Part shown: positions 63,371 through 64,000 of the stretch, piece after piece
Position numbering within the stretch: position 1 is the first letter of the stretch
Layout: each line of letters begins with the position of its first letter
NCBI GenBank assembly: GCA_947625465.1
Contig: CANQOK010000003.1
Coordinates: 68,316-132,315, forward strand
Source of the DNA: an uncultured Lachnospiraceae bacterium
Lineage (GTDB): Bacteria; Bacillota; Clostridia; Lachnospirales; Lachnospiraceae
Direction: 5' to 3'
Length of the DNA stretch: 64,000 nucleotides
Notes under the pieces: generated by a model
Databases searched by the model: none
The model's input: the letters and a program-made list of their open reading frames with translations, nothing else
Told to the model about the DNA's origin: nothing
Made by a program: the position numbers and the translations under genes

Positions 63371-63919
63371 TCACCTCTGTATTGTTATATGTATATTCGC
63401 AGCTTCAATGGGATAGAAGTCGGAAATATAAGTTTTTAATTTGTCGATCACAACCGTCTGCTTTTTATTTTCTTTACTGTACTCGGAAAACAATTCCCTG
63501 TCGCCGCTGGTATCCGTCAAGGCCAGTTCCAGCACAAACGCATTTTCCCCGCTGTCCCAACTAAGATTCAATTCCCCGATCTCATACTGACTGTTCCCGA
63601 TCTCTTCTTCCAGCCGCTGACGCAGAATATTTTCGGTTTCTTCCAGCATACTCTGCCGGTAAATGCTGTTTCCCTGTTCCAGTTCCTGTTTCCAGTCGTT
63701 CAGATTCTGCTCTGCAAAAATACCGTCAAATAAACTGCCCGTCTGCGCCGCGACGGTATCCAGAAGCGGAAGCTGCCCCAGACAGGATAAAAGCAGCATG
63801 ATCCCGCCTATCGTGCGGATAATAGGCTTATATGATCCATCCGGCAGCAGGCTCAGGATAAAACTGAGCAGCAGCATATAAACTGCGACCTGTCTGATAA
63901 AATTCAGAATCGTTGTCAT
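63371..63919 (-). CDS. spoIIIAF: stage III sporulation protein AF
   Basis: 182-aa ORF with two N-terminal TM helices (..VAVYMLLLSFILSLLP.. and ..IGGIMLLLSCL..). It abuts spoIIIAG with no gap. GGGAGAAG precedes the ATG. Confidence 0.8.
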   Translation of the reverse strand: MTTILNFIRQVAVYMLLLSFILSLLPDGSYKPIIRTIGGIMLLLSCLGQLPLLDTVAAQTGSLFDGIFAEQNLNDWKQELEQGNSIYRQSMLEETENILRQRLEEEIGNSQYEIGELNLSWDSGENAFVLELALTDTSGDRELFSEYSKENKKQTVVIDKLKTYISDFYPIEAANIHITIQR

Positions 63920-63937
63920 GACTCTTCTCCCTTTTTG

Positions 63938-64000
63938 TCAATTGCTTCCGTTTGTCATCAGACAAGTCAGCGCAATTGTAATGAAAAATAAAAAACACGC
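63938..64000 (-). CDS. spoIIIAE: C-terminal fragment of a membrane protein, probably stage III sporulation protein AE (runs off the right edge)
   Basis: Reverse complement of 63938..64000 reads ACFLFFITIALTCLMTNGSN-stop. The sequence is hydrophobic and in the position expected for spoIIIAE. Assignment is by synteny only. Confidence 0.35.
   Translation of the reverse strand, partial: ACFLFFITIALTCLMTNGSN

Noticed and set aside
1-64000. Mobile elements, CRISPR arrays, tRNA/rRNA genes, and defence or toxin-antitoxin modules
   Set aside because: I looked for long direct or inverted repeats, regularly spaced repeats, transposase- or integrase-like ORFs and tRNA-like T-arm sequences in the few intergenic regions over 150 nt. 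I found none.

Overview
This is a 64-kb chromosomal window from a spore-forming Firmicute, Clostridia class, Lachnospiraceae-like by protein style. About 60 CDS are packed tightly and nearly all lie on the minus strand. Most of the window is conserved housekeeping and sporulation DNA. From left to right: pta (fragment), tmcAL, a UPF0210/ACT pair, pepD, ylbJ-coaD-rsmD, rpsA-ispH-cmk, a five-gene Na+-translocating biotin decarboxylase operon, dacB, a large LRR/Ig surface protein, scpAB, a second DD-carboxypeptidase and an LtaS-family enzyme. These are followed by PFOR, pdp, DAHP synthase, spoIIM-NUDIX-proC, rny, recX-recA, pgsA-rimO-rpoZ-gmk-yicC, rqcH, an HD/membrane pair, two Coat-F-like small ORFs and glgA. 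The right end is a block with Bacillus subtilis-like synteny: spo0A-spoIVB-recN-argR-nadK-tlyA-dxs-ispA-xseBA-nusB-asp23-spoIIIAH/G/F/(E). I saw no rRNA, tRNA, CRISPR array, transposase, integrase, or recognisable defence or toxin-antitoxin module. I could not identify a clear-cut new multi-gene system. The best candidates for something under-described are: (1) the decarboxylase operon, which holds two different carboxyltransferases (12S-type and 5S-type) around one BCCP and one Na+ pump; (2) its OadG-like anchor, which is fused to a signal-peptide-bearing extracytoplasmic domain; (3) an AT-richer, monocistronic, sortase-type (PPGTG) LRR/Big_3 surface-protein gene inserted into the conserved scpAB-dacB synteny; (4) several small cis elements, namely an SD-sequestering perfect inverted repeat, a triple 9-mer in the recA promoter and a 10-bp-period direct repeat upstream of the adhesin gene. 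All family assignments come from motif recognition by eye, not from searches.
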